64,000 bases of DNA from an uncultured Alphaproteobacteria bacterium (GCA_963778225.1 CAVZTR010000012.1:239254-303253), one strand, 5' to 3'. Counted from the stretch's first letter, positions 1 to 11,589 are shown. Notes: generated by a model from the sequence alone, not told the origin. Made by a program: numbers and translations.

Positions 1-70
1 CATCACGGAAGCCGCCGTAGAGCCACCTGAAGTTTCGCTCACGGCCGAGACGGTCCTGGCGACACTGAAA

Positions 71-925
71 ATGCCTGCCAAGTGGATCACGAAGAAAATC
101 GCGGATGCCGAAGTGCGGCGGCAGGTGCAGGCGATGTACGACGAGTTGATGGCCACGGGCCGGGTGGAGGCGACGCTGCCGGAGGACGACCGCGTCGTAC
201 GCAACCTCTACCAAAAAGAGGTCCTTGAGCCGCGCGCAAAAGCGATGGCGGCGGAACGGGCGAAGCGTCTTGCACCAGCCGCTGCCGTCGCGAAGACGTC
301 GCGCGCACCTTCCAGCGCGAAGCCTGCTGCCGTTGCGGGTGCGCACAACAGTGCTGCCGTCGCGCCTGCGCATAACCAGCCGGTGCCGCCTCTGCAGGTG
401 CTGGAGGCTAAAGCAAAGAACCTGCCGCAGTCGGTTCCCCTTAGTGCAGGGTCGAGCGCTTCTAACCGCGACGAGCTTTCGCGTCTCAACACCGTGCCCC
501 GCTGCTATCTGGCTGAAAGCGATGATCTCGAGCGGGCGCCTTCAATCGGTCCGAAGCTGGCGGAGCGTCTGGCGCTCGGCGGCATTGTGAGCGTGAAAGA
601 TTTCATCGATGCGGAGCCGGACGCGGTCGTCTCGCTGCTCGGAGAAGGCCGCTTCGACGCCGAGACGGTCGAGCGATGGAAGACGGAGGCGCGGCTCGTT
701 TTGCGCGTGCCGGGTTTGCGCGGCACACATGCGCAGTTGCTCGCCGGTGCGGGATATGACACGCCGGAAAAACTCGCCGATGCCGATCCTGTCGCCTTGT
801 CGGCCGCCGTTCTCGCATTCGCGACGACGCCTGCGGGTGCTCGCATTTTGCGCAACGGTGACACGCCCGATATCGAGGCAGTCACGCGTTGGGTGCAAGG
901 CGCACAGCAGGCACTCGCGGCCTAG
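71..925 (+). CDS. DUF4332-like helix-hairpin-helix domain protein; Ala/Pro-rich linker in the middle
   Basis: 284-aa ORF. The C-terminal half (SIGPKLAERLALGGIVSVKDF ... VPGLRGTHAQLLAGAGYDTPEKLA) looks like tandem HhH/DUF4332 units. The frame stays open upstream to position 2, so the true start may lie outside the window. Confidence 0.6.
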   Translation: MPAKWITKKIADAEVRRQVQAMYDELMATGRVEATLPEDDRVVRNLYQKEVLEPRAKAMAAERAKRLAPAAAVAKTSRAPSSAKPAAVAGAHNSAAVAPAHNQPVPPLQVLEAKAKNLPQSVPLSAGSSASNRDELSRLNTVPRCYLAESDDLERAPSIGPKLAERLALGGIVSVKDFIDAEPDAVVSLLGEGRFDAETVERWKTEARLVLRVPGLRGTHAQLLAGAGYDTPEKLADADPVALSAAVLAFATTPAGARILRNGDTPDIEAVTRWVQGAQQALAA

Positions 926-1122
926 CGCCTTCCAAAGACCTTCGCAAACGGGGCCTAATGGCCACACCGTCTTACTTGTTCACACCCCTATCCAGATTTC
1001 GCCCAACTCTGTCCGCAGTGCGCCTGTTGGTATGCCGTGACGGCGGGCGCATCGCGTCCGGCCACTCGGCAGCGGGGGCTCCGATGTTTGCGTTCGCTAA
1101 TGACTGAGATTGTGAGGGCGAA

Positions 1123-1716
1123 ATGATGATGACGATGGACCCGGTGCGAGAGCGGATACTTTCTCACAGCCTAGGCTTGGTCAGCGTGCGCGGACTGTCC
1201 GCGTTGTCGATTGGAGATCTGGCGCGTGATCTGGAATTGTCGCGCAGTGGATTGCTGTCGCATTTCGCCGACAAGGAAGCATTGCAGTTCGGCGTCATCG
1301 AGAAAGCAGCAGCGCTATTCGTTCACGACGTCGTCGAGGCCGGCATGGTTGCGGGCACGGGAGAAAAGCGGCTCAGGGCGCTTTTCGCACGCTGGCTTTC
1401 CTGGTCGCGGGGTCCGCGGCTGAAAGGCGGTTGTCCGTTCGTGCACGCGAGTGCGGAAAGCGACGCGCTGCCACCCGGGGTGCGCACCAAGCTTGAAGAG
1501 TTCATGAGCGGCTGGTCTGAAACGTTGAAGGCGGCCATCGAAGACGCGAAGGTTGCCGAGGAATTCGCGTCCGGTCTGGATGGGGACCAACTGGTCTTTG
1601 AGCTCTATGGCCTCTATCTCAGCCATCATTTTTGGCACTGGTCGATGAAAGACCGACGCGCGCAAGAGCGTACCATGCGCGCTTTCGAGCGGCTGCTGCT
1701 TGCCAGCCGCGCCTGA
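1123..1716 (+). CDS. TetR/AcrR family transcriptional regulator
   Basis: 197-aa ORF with an N-terminal HTH typical of TetR (LSIGDLARDLELSRSGLLSHFADKEALQ) and a helical C-terminal ligand domain. Confidence 0.85.
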   Translation: MMMTMDPVRERILSHSLGLVSVRGLSALSIGDLARDLELSRSGLLSHFADKEALQFGVIEKAAALFVHDVVEAGMVAGTGEKRLRALFARWLSWSRGPRLKGGCPFVHASAESDALPPGVRTKLEEFMSGWSETLKAAIEDAKVAEEFASGLDGDQLVFELYGLYLSHHFWHWSMKDRRAQERTMRAFERLLLASRA

Positions 1717-1761
1717 TCGATACCGGGTTGCGCCGGGGCGCTCGTCGGGGCAAAATGCATC

Positions 1762-3793
<2,032 letters not shown>

Positions 3794-3967
3794 CGTCGTT
3801 TGGCGCGGCGCGATGACCTTGGCACTGACGCAGCGGCACCACACCGAAAAACAATCCGCACTATGCCAACTCCGCCATATTGGCGACTTCGCGTCAGGCG
3901 CATAACACTGCTGTGACGGTCGCAGACGCGGCCAATTCTGGCGCTTGCTCCCTGGCCCATCGCACCC

Positions 3968-5102
3968 ATGCTCGAACCGCCCGCGCGCCACACGCGCCCT
4001 CGCGACCCTCGTGTCGACTTCTTTCGCGGTCTCGCGCTCATCTTCATTTTTATCGACCATATCCCCGACAATACATGGGCTTATGGGACGCTGAAGAACT
4101 TCGGATTTGCGGATGCCAGCGAGGTTTTCGTGCTGCTGTCCGGCTACTCGGCAGCCCTGGCCTACGGTCTGGGCAGCGATAGCGGAGCCCTGGCGCCTTC
4201 GTTCCAGCGGGCGTTCAAGCGGGCCGGGCGCATCTATTTGTGGCACATCGCTATTCTGCTCGCTTCGGCGGTGATGCTGTACGCGGCCGCGCATGTGTTT
4301 CGTGATCCGGCCTACATTCACAACATGTTCCTGCAGCGCCTCGGAGACGACCCGATCGGCGCGGCGCTCGGCGTGGTGTCGCTAACGTATCAGCCTAACC
4401 AGATGAACATCCTGCCGCTGTATGTGGTGCTGATGCTCTGGTTCCCGGTCATGCTGCTTTTGTTCCGGCGCGGTGTGGTCCCGACGCTGGCGGTGTCAGC
4501 GACCATCTGGGCCGTGGCGAACTACTTCAAGATCAATTTGCCGGTGAACACGCCGGGCGAAGGCTGGTTTTTCAATCCGTTCGCTTGGCAGTTGCTGTTC
4601 ACGACGGGTGCCGCTGCGGCGGTTCTTGGCACGCAGCCATGAATTGACCAATCGTTCGGCCGTGCTGGCGATGGCCCTGTTCTATGTGTCTTTTTCATTT
4701 TTTTACGCGGCACCGTGGGTCCCGATGGCCTGGTTGCCCGACAATCCGCTGTTGCCGTCCAATCTGATCGGCACCGTGAGCAAACCGGACCTCTCCGCGT
4801 GGCGTTTTCTGCACGTGCTGGCGCTCGCCTATGTGGCTGGATCGCTCATCCCGGGATCGGCCGTCTGGTTGCAGCGGCCAGTGGCGCGTGCGATCTCGCT
4901 GTGCGGGCGGCATGCGCTGGAGATCTTCGCGCTCAGCACCATTCTCTCGTTTGCCGGCTGGATCGTGCTGCGGCAGATCGGGACATCGTGGGCGCTCGAA
5001 CTTGTCGTGACGGCGGCGGGAATCGCAGCAATGGCGTATGCCGCGCGCATGCTCACCGAGCGCAGATCCGTCCGCGACGCGACGACAGCGACGGCCGGCT
5101 GA
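3968..5102 (+). pseudogene. OpgC-family membrane protein (glucan succinylation type), interrupted by one frameshift
   Basis: ORF 3968..4642 (RVDFFRGLALIFIFIDHIP... OpgC-like N-terminus) and ORF 4608..5102 in a different frame (hydrophobic C-terminal half) add up to ~388 aa, the usual OpgC length. The frames overlap at 4608-4642. Confidence 0.7.
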
Positions 5103-5981
5103 TCATAAAGCCAAAACCTGCTCGACGTTGCGCGCGTGGACCGGTTCGTAGCCTTCCAGGTAGACAAGGGTGCCGTCTTCCAGGTCCCGGGCGAGGAGAT
5201 CACGGAGTGCGGTTGCACGGAGAGCGGCGTCGGTTTTCATGGCGAGCAGCATTCGGACATAGCGCGCTGTCGCCCGGATCAGGCCGGCATCATAGCCGCC
5301 GGTGGCGATGCGATCGGGGCAACCGTGATTAGGCAGGATATGAGTGGCTCCGAGTTTCGCCAGCCGATCGAGTTCGGGTAAATGTCGGGTAAGATTTTCC
5401 GGCTCGGCCACATACGTGACGCTGTCTTCCAGGGTGTCGCCAGCCAAGAGTAGCCGGGTGTGGGGGAGCCAGAGCACGACGCCGTCGTCGCTGTGAATGT
5501 CGAATTCGATGAGCTCGACATCGGTATTGCCGATGCGGAGCGACAAGCGATCCTCGAAAGTGCGTGTCGGCATCACCAGAGGCGAGATGGCGGGTGGGCC
5601 GTCGTAGGTGCCGATCTCGATCGCGTTGCGATGCCGAGCGAGATGGCCGGCTGTCTTCGCGCACGCGATGATCTCGCAATCGGAAAAGACCTCGTTGCCG
5701 GCGATGTGGTCAAGATGCCAGTGGCTCAGAACGACGGTGAACTTTGTCACTCCACGTGCACTCAGAGTTTCGCGAATGGCGCGGGCGTGTGCGAGCGAAA
5801 CGTGGGTGTCGTAGACCAGGGCCTCGGCGCCATCGACGATCGCGTAGCTCGCAATTCCCAGCGAGAGGGCGCCGTCGTCTATCCAGTTGTCTCCTTGCGC
5901 GAAGCGATAGCCGGGTACGCGACCATCGTAGAACGCGAGGATGTTTGGATGCGGTTCGAGGATGCGGAGGTGATCGAGCAT
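5103..5981 (-). CDS. MBL-fold metallo-hydrolase
   Basis: HWHLDHIAGN metallo-beta-lactamase motif plus downstream His/Asp ligands. Start uncertain: ATG at 5981 (MLDHLRIL...) is preferred over the track start at 6062, and neither has a good SD. Confidence 0.75.
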   Translation of the reverse strand: MLDHLRILEPHPNILAFYDGRVPGYRFAQGDNWIDDGALSLGIASYAIVDGAEALVYDTHVSLAHARAIRETLSARGVTKFTVVLSHWHLDHIAGNEVFSDCEIIACAKTAGHLARHRNAIEIGTYDGPPAISPLVMPTRTFEDRLSLRIGNTDVELIEFDIHSDDGVVLWLPHTRLLLAGDTLEDSVTYVAEPENLTRHLPELDRLAKLGATHILPNHGCPDRIATGGYDAGLIRATARYVRMLLAMKTDAALRATALRDLLARDLEDGTLVYLEGYEPVHARNVEQVLAL

Positions 5982-6120
5982 GCGGGTCAACCTAAGGCGC
6001 TGAAGCGCCCCGTCAACCAATCCCACACCATCAGCTCTTGACTTCACACGGCCTCTTTTCAAGTCCGGGCGAATGTGAGAACTTCATGTCATCGTTCAAC
6101 AACTGGAAGGAGGTGATCCG

Positions 6121-6198
6121 ATGTCGAGTGGGATCTTGAAGGCTGCGATGTCGGGATCGCAAGGGCTTTCGTCGGAACACCTTCCGCTGATCGCCTGA
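6121..6198 (+). CDS. candidate 25-aa small protein or leader peptide (MSSGILKAAMSGSQGLSSEHLPLIA)
   Basis: ATG preceded by AAGGAGGTGATC (6108-6119), a 12-nt perfect complement of the 16S 3' end, with 7 nt between GGAGG and the ATG. An intrinsic terminator follows 55 nt after the stop. No homology evidence is available. Confidence 0.35.
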   Translation: MSSGILKAAMSGSQGLSSEHLPLIA

Positions 6199-6252
6199 CG
6201 CACTGCGACGCCGGCGGGCCGATGCCCCCGGAATATCGCAACCGGTCTCACG

Positions 6253-6287
6253 GGGCCGCTCGGAAACGAGCGGCCCTTTGTGTTTTG
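6253..6287 (+). terminator. rho-independent terminator
   Basis: GGGCCGCTCG-GAAA-CGAGCGGCCC perfect 10-bp stem followed by TTTGTGTTTTG. Confidence 0.6.
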
Positions 6288-6355
6288 TCATGCCCTTAGT
6301 TCGTTGAGGTGCTCGGCCGTTTGTATCCGGCGCAATTCGCGCTAGAACGCGCCCT

Positions 6356-6772
6356 ATGACCCATCAGAACTTCCTAAGTGGCCTCGTGAGCATTGCAGCT
6401 CTCGCAATCGCGCTTGCCGCCGCGCTCCGCTTCGGCCTCGGCAGTCGGTGGTTCGAGTTTTACGGCTGGGCCACGGTTGCATTGGCAGCGGTGCCGTTCG
6501 TAACCTGGCTCTTGTGGAAGCGGTTACCGGAGGTCGGGCGGAGCCGGTGGTGGAGCCTGCTTTTCGCGGTTCCTCTCTTCGTCGTCGCGGTCATACAAAT
6601 CGTATTCTGGCATTTGTTTTTCTCTCAAGGCGCTACCAACCCGATGTTCGGGGTCATGCGCGAAATGGTGCGGCCGTGGTTGGCGGCAGGCGAGCCCTTT
6701 GCTGTTGGGGCTTACGCGGTGGTCTGCCTCTGGCTCGTCATCGCGGCGGCCCGGAACAGCGCCACCGCCTGA
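6356..6772 (+). CDS. hypothetical integral membrane protein (about 4 TM segments)
   Basis: 138-aa ORF with strongly hydrophobic segments. No recognisable family. Confidence 0.55.
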   Translation: MTHQNFLSGLVSIAALAIALAAALRFGLGSRWFEFYGWATVALAAVPFVTWLLWKRLPEVGRSRWWSLLFAVPLFVVAVIQIVFWHLFFSQGATNPMFGVMREMVRPWLAAGEPFAVGAYAVVCLWLVIAAARNSATA

Positions 6773-6842
6773 GGCGCGCCCTGGATGCCACAGGCAGCGA
6801 TTATCCCGTTCACTCGCCTCGACATATTTTCAACAACCCCGC

Positions 6843-7424
6843 ATGATGTCGATCAGCAGAGGGCGTCGTCCTGCCATAAGGGAGTATCCATTCGTGTTCA
6901 GCCGTGGTCCTGGTTCCGAGAGTGCCCCACCCAAGCCGCCCTCAATGCCCAGCATGAATGGCACCGGAACGCCCGCCACGGCGGCGCCGCGCCCGGCAGG
7001 ATCGCCCTTCGAGCGCTCCGCATCGGGCAATGGCATGTCGGTCATCGGCACCGATCTCACCATTATGGGAGAGAAGATCACAATTATCTCGCAGAACAAG
7101 TTGACCATCGACGGTGACGTGCACGGCGATATCCATGGCCGGCAGGTCGTTATCGGCGAAGAAGGCTCAGTCGTCGGTACGGTCAACGCAGAGGCGATCG
7201 AAGTTCGGGGCGGCATCAAGGGCGCCATCCGAGCGGCCACCGTGACCCTCCATCCGACAGCGCAGGTCGAGGGCGATATCACGCACCAGACCCTCGCTAT
7301 TTCCGAGGGCGCGCAATTCGACGGACGCGTACGCCGGGCAAAAGATCCAAGTGACTTGAAACCAAACCTCGACGTGTCAGGTTTCGAAGAAATTCGCATG
7401 CAGGCCGTTTCGACCGGAGGCTGA
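6843..7424 (+). CDS. bactofilin (polymer-forming cytoskeletal protein)
   Basis: Core MSVIGTDLTIMGEKITIISQNKLTIDGDVHGDIHGRQVVIGEEGSVVGTVNAEAIEVRGGIKGAIRAATVTLHPTAQVEGDITHQTLAISEGAQFDGRV is a typical bactofilin beta-helix repeat. Start set at ATG 6843; a later Met is possible. Confidence 0.8.
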   Translation: MMSISRGRRPAIREYPFVFSRGPGSESAPPKPPSMPSMNGTGTPATAAPRPAGSPFERSASGNGMSVIGTDLTIMGEKITIISQNKLTIDGDVHGDIHGRQVVIGEEGSVVGTVNAEAIEVRGGIKGAIRAATVTLHPTAQVEGDITHQTLAISEGAQFDGRVRRAKDPSDLKPNLDVSGFEEIRMQAVSTGG

Positions 7425-7431
7425 CGCCGCC

Positions 7432-8160
7432 ATGGCATCGCCCAAGGCATCAGGCTCCGGAACCTCGCGGTTCCGGAGCCTTTCTTTGTCAACCGCACCT
7501 TTGGATGCATCAGGTGGCGGCAGCGTCGTGCTGCTGACGGGTTTCGGGCGGTTTCCCGGCGTTGCGCGCAATGCATCGGCCGATCTTGCGGCGGAACTGG
7601 CGCGCCGCGCATCGCTGCGGCATAGCCATCTGCGCTTCATCGCTGATGTGCTCCCGGTCGACTGGAGAGAAGCCCCCGCGCGTCTGACGGAGCTTCTCCA
7701 TCGACATCGTCCGGCGGTTGCGTTGCACTTTGGTGTCTCCTCTCGGGCGACCGGCTTCGTCATCGAGACGCATGCCTACAACGTCACGAAAGACATACCT
7801 GACGACGGCGGTCTGCTTGCGGACAGGGATATCCTTGTTGCCGGCGACCGGCCGCGGCGGTCGGCGACGGTTCCGGTGCGCGGCATCGTTCGGGCACTCC
7901 ACGAGGCGGGGTATCCAGCGGAGCTCTCATCTGACCCGGGGCGGTACCTCTGCAATGCCGTGCTGTTTCATTCGCTGCGCCATGCGACGCGGGCGGAGCC
8001 CAGAATGCGCAGCGGCTTTATTCACATTCCGGCCACCCTCGAACCGGGAACACCGGGCGAGCCGTCGCTCATCGGCTGGAACCATGCGTTTGAAGGTGGT
8101 CTGCGGCTGATGGATGTTTGCGTTGCCCCATTGCGTGCGCGCGCGGCTTACCTATCTTAA
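7432..8160 (+). CDS. pcp: pyroglutamyl-peptidase I (peptidase C15)
   Basis: VLLTGFGRFPG N-terminus, GRYLCNAVLF (nucleophile Cys) and GFIHIP (His) motifs. GGAGG lies 11 nt upstream of the ATG. Confidence 0.8.
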   Translation: MASPKASGSGTSRFRSLSLSTAPLDASGGGSVVLLTGFGRFPGVARNASADLAAELARRASLRHSHLRFIADVLPVDWREAPARLTELLHRHRPAVALHFGVSSRATGFVIETHAYNVTKDIPDDGGLLADRDILVAGDRPRRSATVPVRGIVRALHEAGYPAELSSDPGRYLCNAVLFHSLRHATRAEPRMRSGFIHIPATLEPGTPGEPSLIGWNHAFEGGLRLMDVCVAPLRARAAYLS

Positions 8161-8227
8161 TGGAATTGCCGGCTGGTCTTCTCATGTGCGCGTCCCCGGT
8201 TCCGACCGACGAGGAGAAATCGCGCCC

Positions 8228-8761
8228 ATGTCCCCCGCCCAGCGCCGCCGCGCAGCTTACAGCTACCGCAGGAGCGCCTCCATGTTCGCCACCGTGCTGA
8301 TGTCGGCCGGGCTCGTCCTCGCGCTGACTGGCGCAGTCGGCAGCTGGCGGGGATACGTCACACAATCCTGGCCGACAACGACGGCGACGCTCGTCACGAA
8401 CACGCTCGAGACGACAGAGCAGACCCGCACGATACCCATGACCGACCGCCTCCGCGGCGGAATCACGGAAACCGTCGAGACCGAGGTGCTGGCACTCAGC
8501 TATCGCTACAGCGTTGATGGTGTCGCATTCGAGGGCCACAAGTTGGAACCGTGGGACTTCGGCTTGCCGGGCAAGGCGAAGGCGCGGGACATCGCGGCGC
8601 TTGGATCGGGTGGCACGCATCCCGTGGCGTACGATCCGCGCGATCCGCGCCGGGCTTATCTGATGCCCGGGCCGAGCACGACATCTCTGACGCTCGTGAC
8701 CATCGGCGCGGTGCTCATGGCGGCCGGTTTTCTCATGGGACGTATTCTGCGCCGCGCATGA
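8228..8761 (+). CDS. DUF3592-like membrane protein
   Basis: N-terminal TM, central beta-rich segment (WPTTTATLV...YRYSVDGVAFEGHK) and C-terminal TM, as in DUF3592 proteins. Start set at ATG 8228 to avoid overlap with pcp. Confidence 0.6.
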   Translation: MSPAQRRRAAYSYRRSASMFATVLMSAGLVLALTGAVGSWRGYVTQSWPTTTATLVTNTLETTEQTRTIPMTDRLRGGITETVETEVLALSYRYSVDGVAFEGHKLEPWDFGLPGKAKARDIAALGSGGTHPVAYDPRDPRRAYLMPGPSTTSLTLVTIGAVLMAAGFLMGRILRRA

Positions 8762-8778
8762 GGTACGCATGCGGCGGT

Positions 8779-8859
8779 TCCGCTATCGCGGAACCGGCCG
8801 CTGCGCGTGTTAGTGGGCGCGCAGCGACTCCGCTGTCGCGGAGCCGGCCGCTGCGCGTG
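8779..8859. repeat. two 31-bp GC-rich direct repeats (REP-like) with hairpin potential, between convergent genes
   Basis: TCCGCTaTCGCGGAaCCGGCCGCTGCGCGTG (8779-8809) and TCCGCTgTCGCGGAgCCGGCCGCTGCGCGTG (8829-8859). The spacer contains GCGCAGCG, complementary to CGCTGCGC. Confidence 0.7.
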
Positions 8860-8867
8860 GAAGGCAC

Positions 8868-10820
8868 TTACTCGGCAGCTTGATCTTCGAGGAAGGCGTG
8901 GGCGTCTTCCTTGCGCTCGAAAATGTGCGGGGCGAGCCCGCGCTTGGACAGGGCTTCCTGCATCTTCAAACGCATGAATGCCGACGTCGTGTAGCGCGTC
9001 GTGGTCAGGTAATGGTCGTCCATCATGTATTGGATCATCTCGGCGTAATCGTCGTAAAGATCCTCGGCGATGCGGCAGCCGTCGTGGTTCACCACCGAGT
9101 TGACTCGGCGGCCGGCGGCGACGCAGGCGGCGACGAGTGTTTTGCGCAGATCGTCGATGTCGGACTTCTTGCGCACGCTCCACCCTTCGAGGTTGACGAA
9201 GAGTATGTTGCGGTCGCTGTCGTAGCTCACGCGTTCCGACAGCTTGAGGTTCAGGAGTTCCGAGAGCAGTTCCATCGGATCATCGACGAAGATGCGACGG
9301 TCCATGGGCATCGGCTTGTTGATGATGGGCTTGAAGTCCATTTGTGCGAGGATGTGCTTGTCGATATCGATGCCAGGGGCGACTTCGATCAGTTCGAGTC
9401 CGCCGGGCGTCAATTGGAACACGCAGCGTTCGGTGACGTAGATGACCGGCTGGGATTTGCGGCTCGCGTAGGGGCCGGAGAACGTGATCTGCTCGACGTT
9501 GTTGACGAACTTGCGCGCGCGGCCTTCCTTGACGATCTTCAGCTTGCCGTAGTGGATTTCCACCTCCAGGCCGCCAGCGGTGAAGGTGCCGGCGAAGACG
9601 ACGGCGCGGGCGTTCTGCGAGATGTCGATGAAGCCGCCGCAGCCATTGAGGCGCCCGCCGAACTTCGACGTATTGACGTTGCCGAACTGGTCGCATTCGG
9701 CCATTCCCAGGCAGGTCAGGTCGAGACCGCGGCCGTGGTAGAAGTCGAACATCTGGTTCTGGTCGATGATCGCATGGGCGTTCGCTGACGCGCCAAAGCT
9801 CGATCCACCGGCAAGGACGCCGCCAATGGCGCCGGCTTCCGTCGTCATGGTGATGTAGGGCGTGACGCGCTCTTCGGCTGCAACTGCTGCAACGCCGTCG
9901 GGTGCACCGACGCCGAGGTTGATGACACCGTTGGGCGGGAGTTCGAAAGCGGCGCGGCGGGCGATGATCTTGCGCTCGTCCAGATCCATCTTCGGCATGG
10001 CATCGACAGGGATGCGGATTTCGCCGGAGAGCGCCGGATTGTACATGACGCCGTAGTTCATGCGGTGCATCTCGGGCTGTTCGGCCACGACGACGCAATC
10101 CACGAGAATGCCGGGAACGCGCACGTCCTTCGGCTTGATTGAGCCCTGCTCGACGATGCGCTCCACCTGCGCAATGACGACGCCGCCATTGTTATGGGCC
10201 GCCATGGCCTGGGCGAGCACGTCGAGCGTGAGGCACTCCTTCTCCATCGAGAGGTTGCCGGACGGATCGGCGCTCGTTGCGCGGATGAGGGCCACGTCGA
10301 TTGGCGTCGCCTTGTAGAACAGCCACTCTTCGCCTTCGACTTCCACGTGCTTGACGATGTCTTCCTTCGTCACCTCGTTGACCTTGCCGCCGCCGAGGCG
10401 CGGATCGACATAGGTGTGCAGGCCCACCTTCGTGAAGAGACCGGGCGAGCCGGCGGCGCACGAGCGATACAGTTTCGAGATGACACCCTGGGGCAGGTTG
10501 TAGCCCGTGATCTTGTTTTCCTGCGCGGCCTGCGCGACTTTCGGCATGCGGCCGAAGTTGGCGGCGATGACGCGCGTGAGAAGACCTTCGTGATGCAGTC
10601 GGCCGGTGCCGAGGCCTTTGCTATCGCCTGCGCCGGCACACATGATGAGCGTGCAGCCCTTGGGCGCTTTGGTATCGACGTAGCGTTTTTCGAGTGCGGC
10701 GTGGAGAGCCTCGGGAATGCAGCTCTGGACGAAGCCCGTGGTGCAGATCACATCACCGTCCTTGACCAGCGCAATGGCCTGCTCGGCGGAAATGACTTTG
10801 TTCTTCGCTCTGGCTTCCAT
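8868..10820 (-). CDS. acyl-CoA:acetate/propionate CoA-transferase (YdiF/Pct-like, fused alpha-beta)
   Basis: About 650 aa. The N-terminus KVISAEQAIALVKDGDVICTTGF and the rest resemble family I CoA-transferases. ATG 10820 is preferred over GTG 10838 because GGGAGA lies upstream. Confidence 0.85.
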   Translation of the reverse strand: MEARAKNKVISAEQAIALVKDGDVICTTGFVQSCIPEALHAALEKRYVDTKAPKGCTLIMCAGAGDSKGLGTGRLHHEGLLTRVIAANFGRMPKVAQAAQENKITGYNLPQGVISKLYRSCAAGSPGLFTKVGLHTYVDPRLGGGKVNEVTKEDIVKHVEVEGEEWLFYKATPIDVALIRATSADPSGNLSMEKECLTLDVLAQAMAAHNNGGVVIAQVERIVEQGSIKPKDVRVPGILVDCVVVAEQPEMHRMNYGVMYNPALSGEIRIPVDAMPKMDLDERKIIARRAAFELPPNGVINLGVGAPDGVAAVAAEERVTPYITMTTEAGAIGGVLAGGSSFGASANAHAIIDQNQMFDFYHGRGLDLTCLGMAECDQFGNVNTSKFGGRLNGCGGFIDISQNARAVVFAGTFTAGGLEVEIHYGKLKIVKEGRARKFVNNVEQITFSGPYASRKSQPVIYVTERCVFQLTPGGLELIEVAPGIDIDKHILAQMDFKPIINKPMPMDRRIFVDDPMELLSELLNLKLSERVSYDSDRNILFVNLEGWSVRKKSDIDDLRKTLVAACVAAGRRVNSVVNHDGCRIAEDLYDDYAEMIQYMMDDHYLTTTRYTTSAFMRLKMQEALSKRGLAPHIFERKEDAHAFLEDQAAE

Positions 10821-11115
10821 GGATGCGGCGTCTCCCACTGGTCTTTTTTCGGTTCAGGGCGTGCCGCCCCGTCCGCTGTCGTTTTGGCAAGTGAATGGAT
10901 CATACTTTCGGCGAAGATACATACCTTCAAGTCTGAGGTGGGCGTCCTACTCCGCTGGGTAGAACCTGCCTATCCGCGGGGCGCGGCGGTCGCGCGCAGG
11001 CTGCTTTGTGTGCGGCGCAGCATGAAGTTGCCCCTCAAACATCGGCCGCATTCGCACCGCATCATCTTGAACATAGTCGAGGCTTGGCTCGAACCCTGGA
11101 GGAGAACCCGCAGCC

Positions 11116-11589
11116 ATGCAGTCGCGCATTCGAAAGATGATTACCACCGGGTTGGCGATCGCTTTCTTCGCCGTGCCGGCCCATGCCACCTCGTTTCAGG
11201 ATCTCGCCGGCACGTGGCGCGGCGTCGGGCGCGTTCAGTTGCTCACCGGCCAGTCAGAAGCCTTAAGTTGCAAGGCCTACTTTACGTCGAAGGATGCCGG
11301 GGCCGGCCTCGGGATTGCGCTCGCGTGTGCGAGCGCCTCGAACAAGATCGACCTGCGGGCGGGTCTGAGCCAGGCGGGACAGGCCATATCCGGGTCCTGG
11401 GAAGAACGGTCGTTCAACTCGACGGGGTCTGTGAGCGGCACGTTTTCCAATGAGCGCATCGAACTATCGATCGACGGCACCATCAAGGCCACCATGTCGA
11501 TTGCGCTCGAGGGCAAGAGCCAGCTGATCTCGATCGCCACGGACGGCCAGGGATTCCGCTCAGTGGACCTGGAGCTGGAACGCAGCTAG
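11116..11589 (+). CDS. hypothetical secreted protein
   Basis: 157 aa with a signal peptide (ITTGLAIAFFAVPAHA). GGAGGAG SD upstream. Confidence 0.6.
   Translation: MQSRIRKMITTGLAIAFFAVPAHATSFQDLAGTWRGVGRVQLLTGQSEALSCKAYFTSKDAGAGLGIALACASASNKIDLRAGLSQAGQAISGSWEERSFNSTGSVSGTFSNERIELSIDGTIKATMSIALEGKSQLISIATDGQGFRSVDLELERS

Noticed and set aside
8779-8859. Possible CRISPR array (regularly spaced direct repeats)
   Set aside because: There are only two repeat copies and no cas genes in the window. The location between convergent genes fits REP or terminator elements instead.
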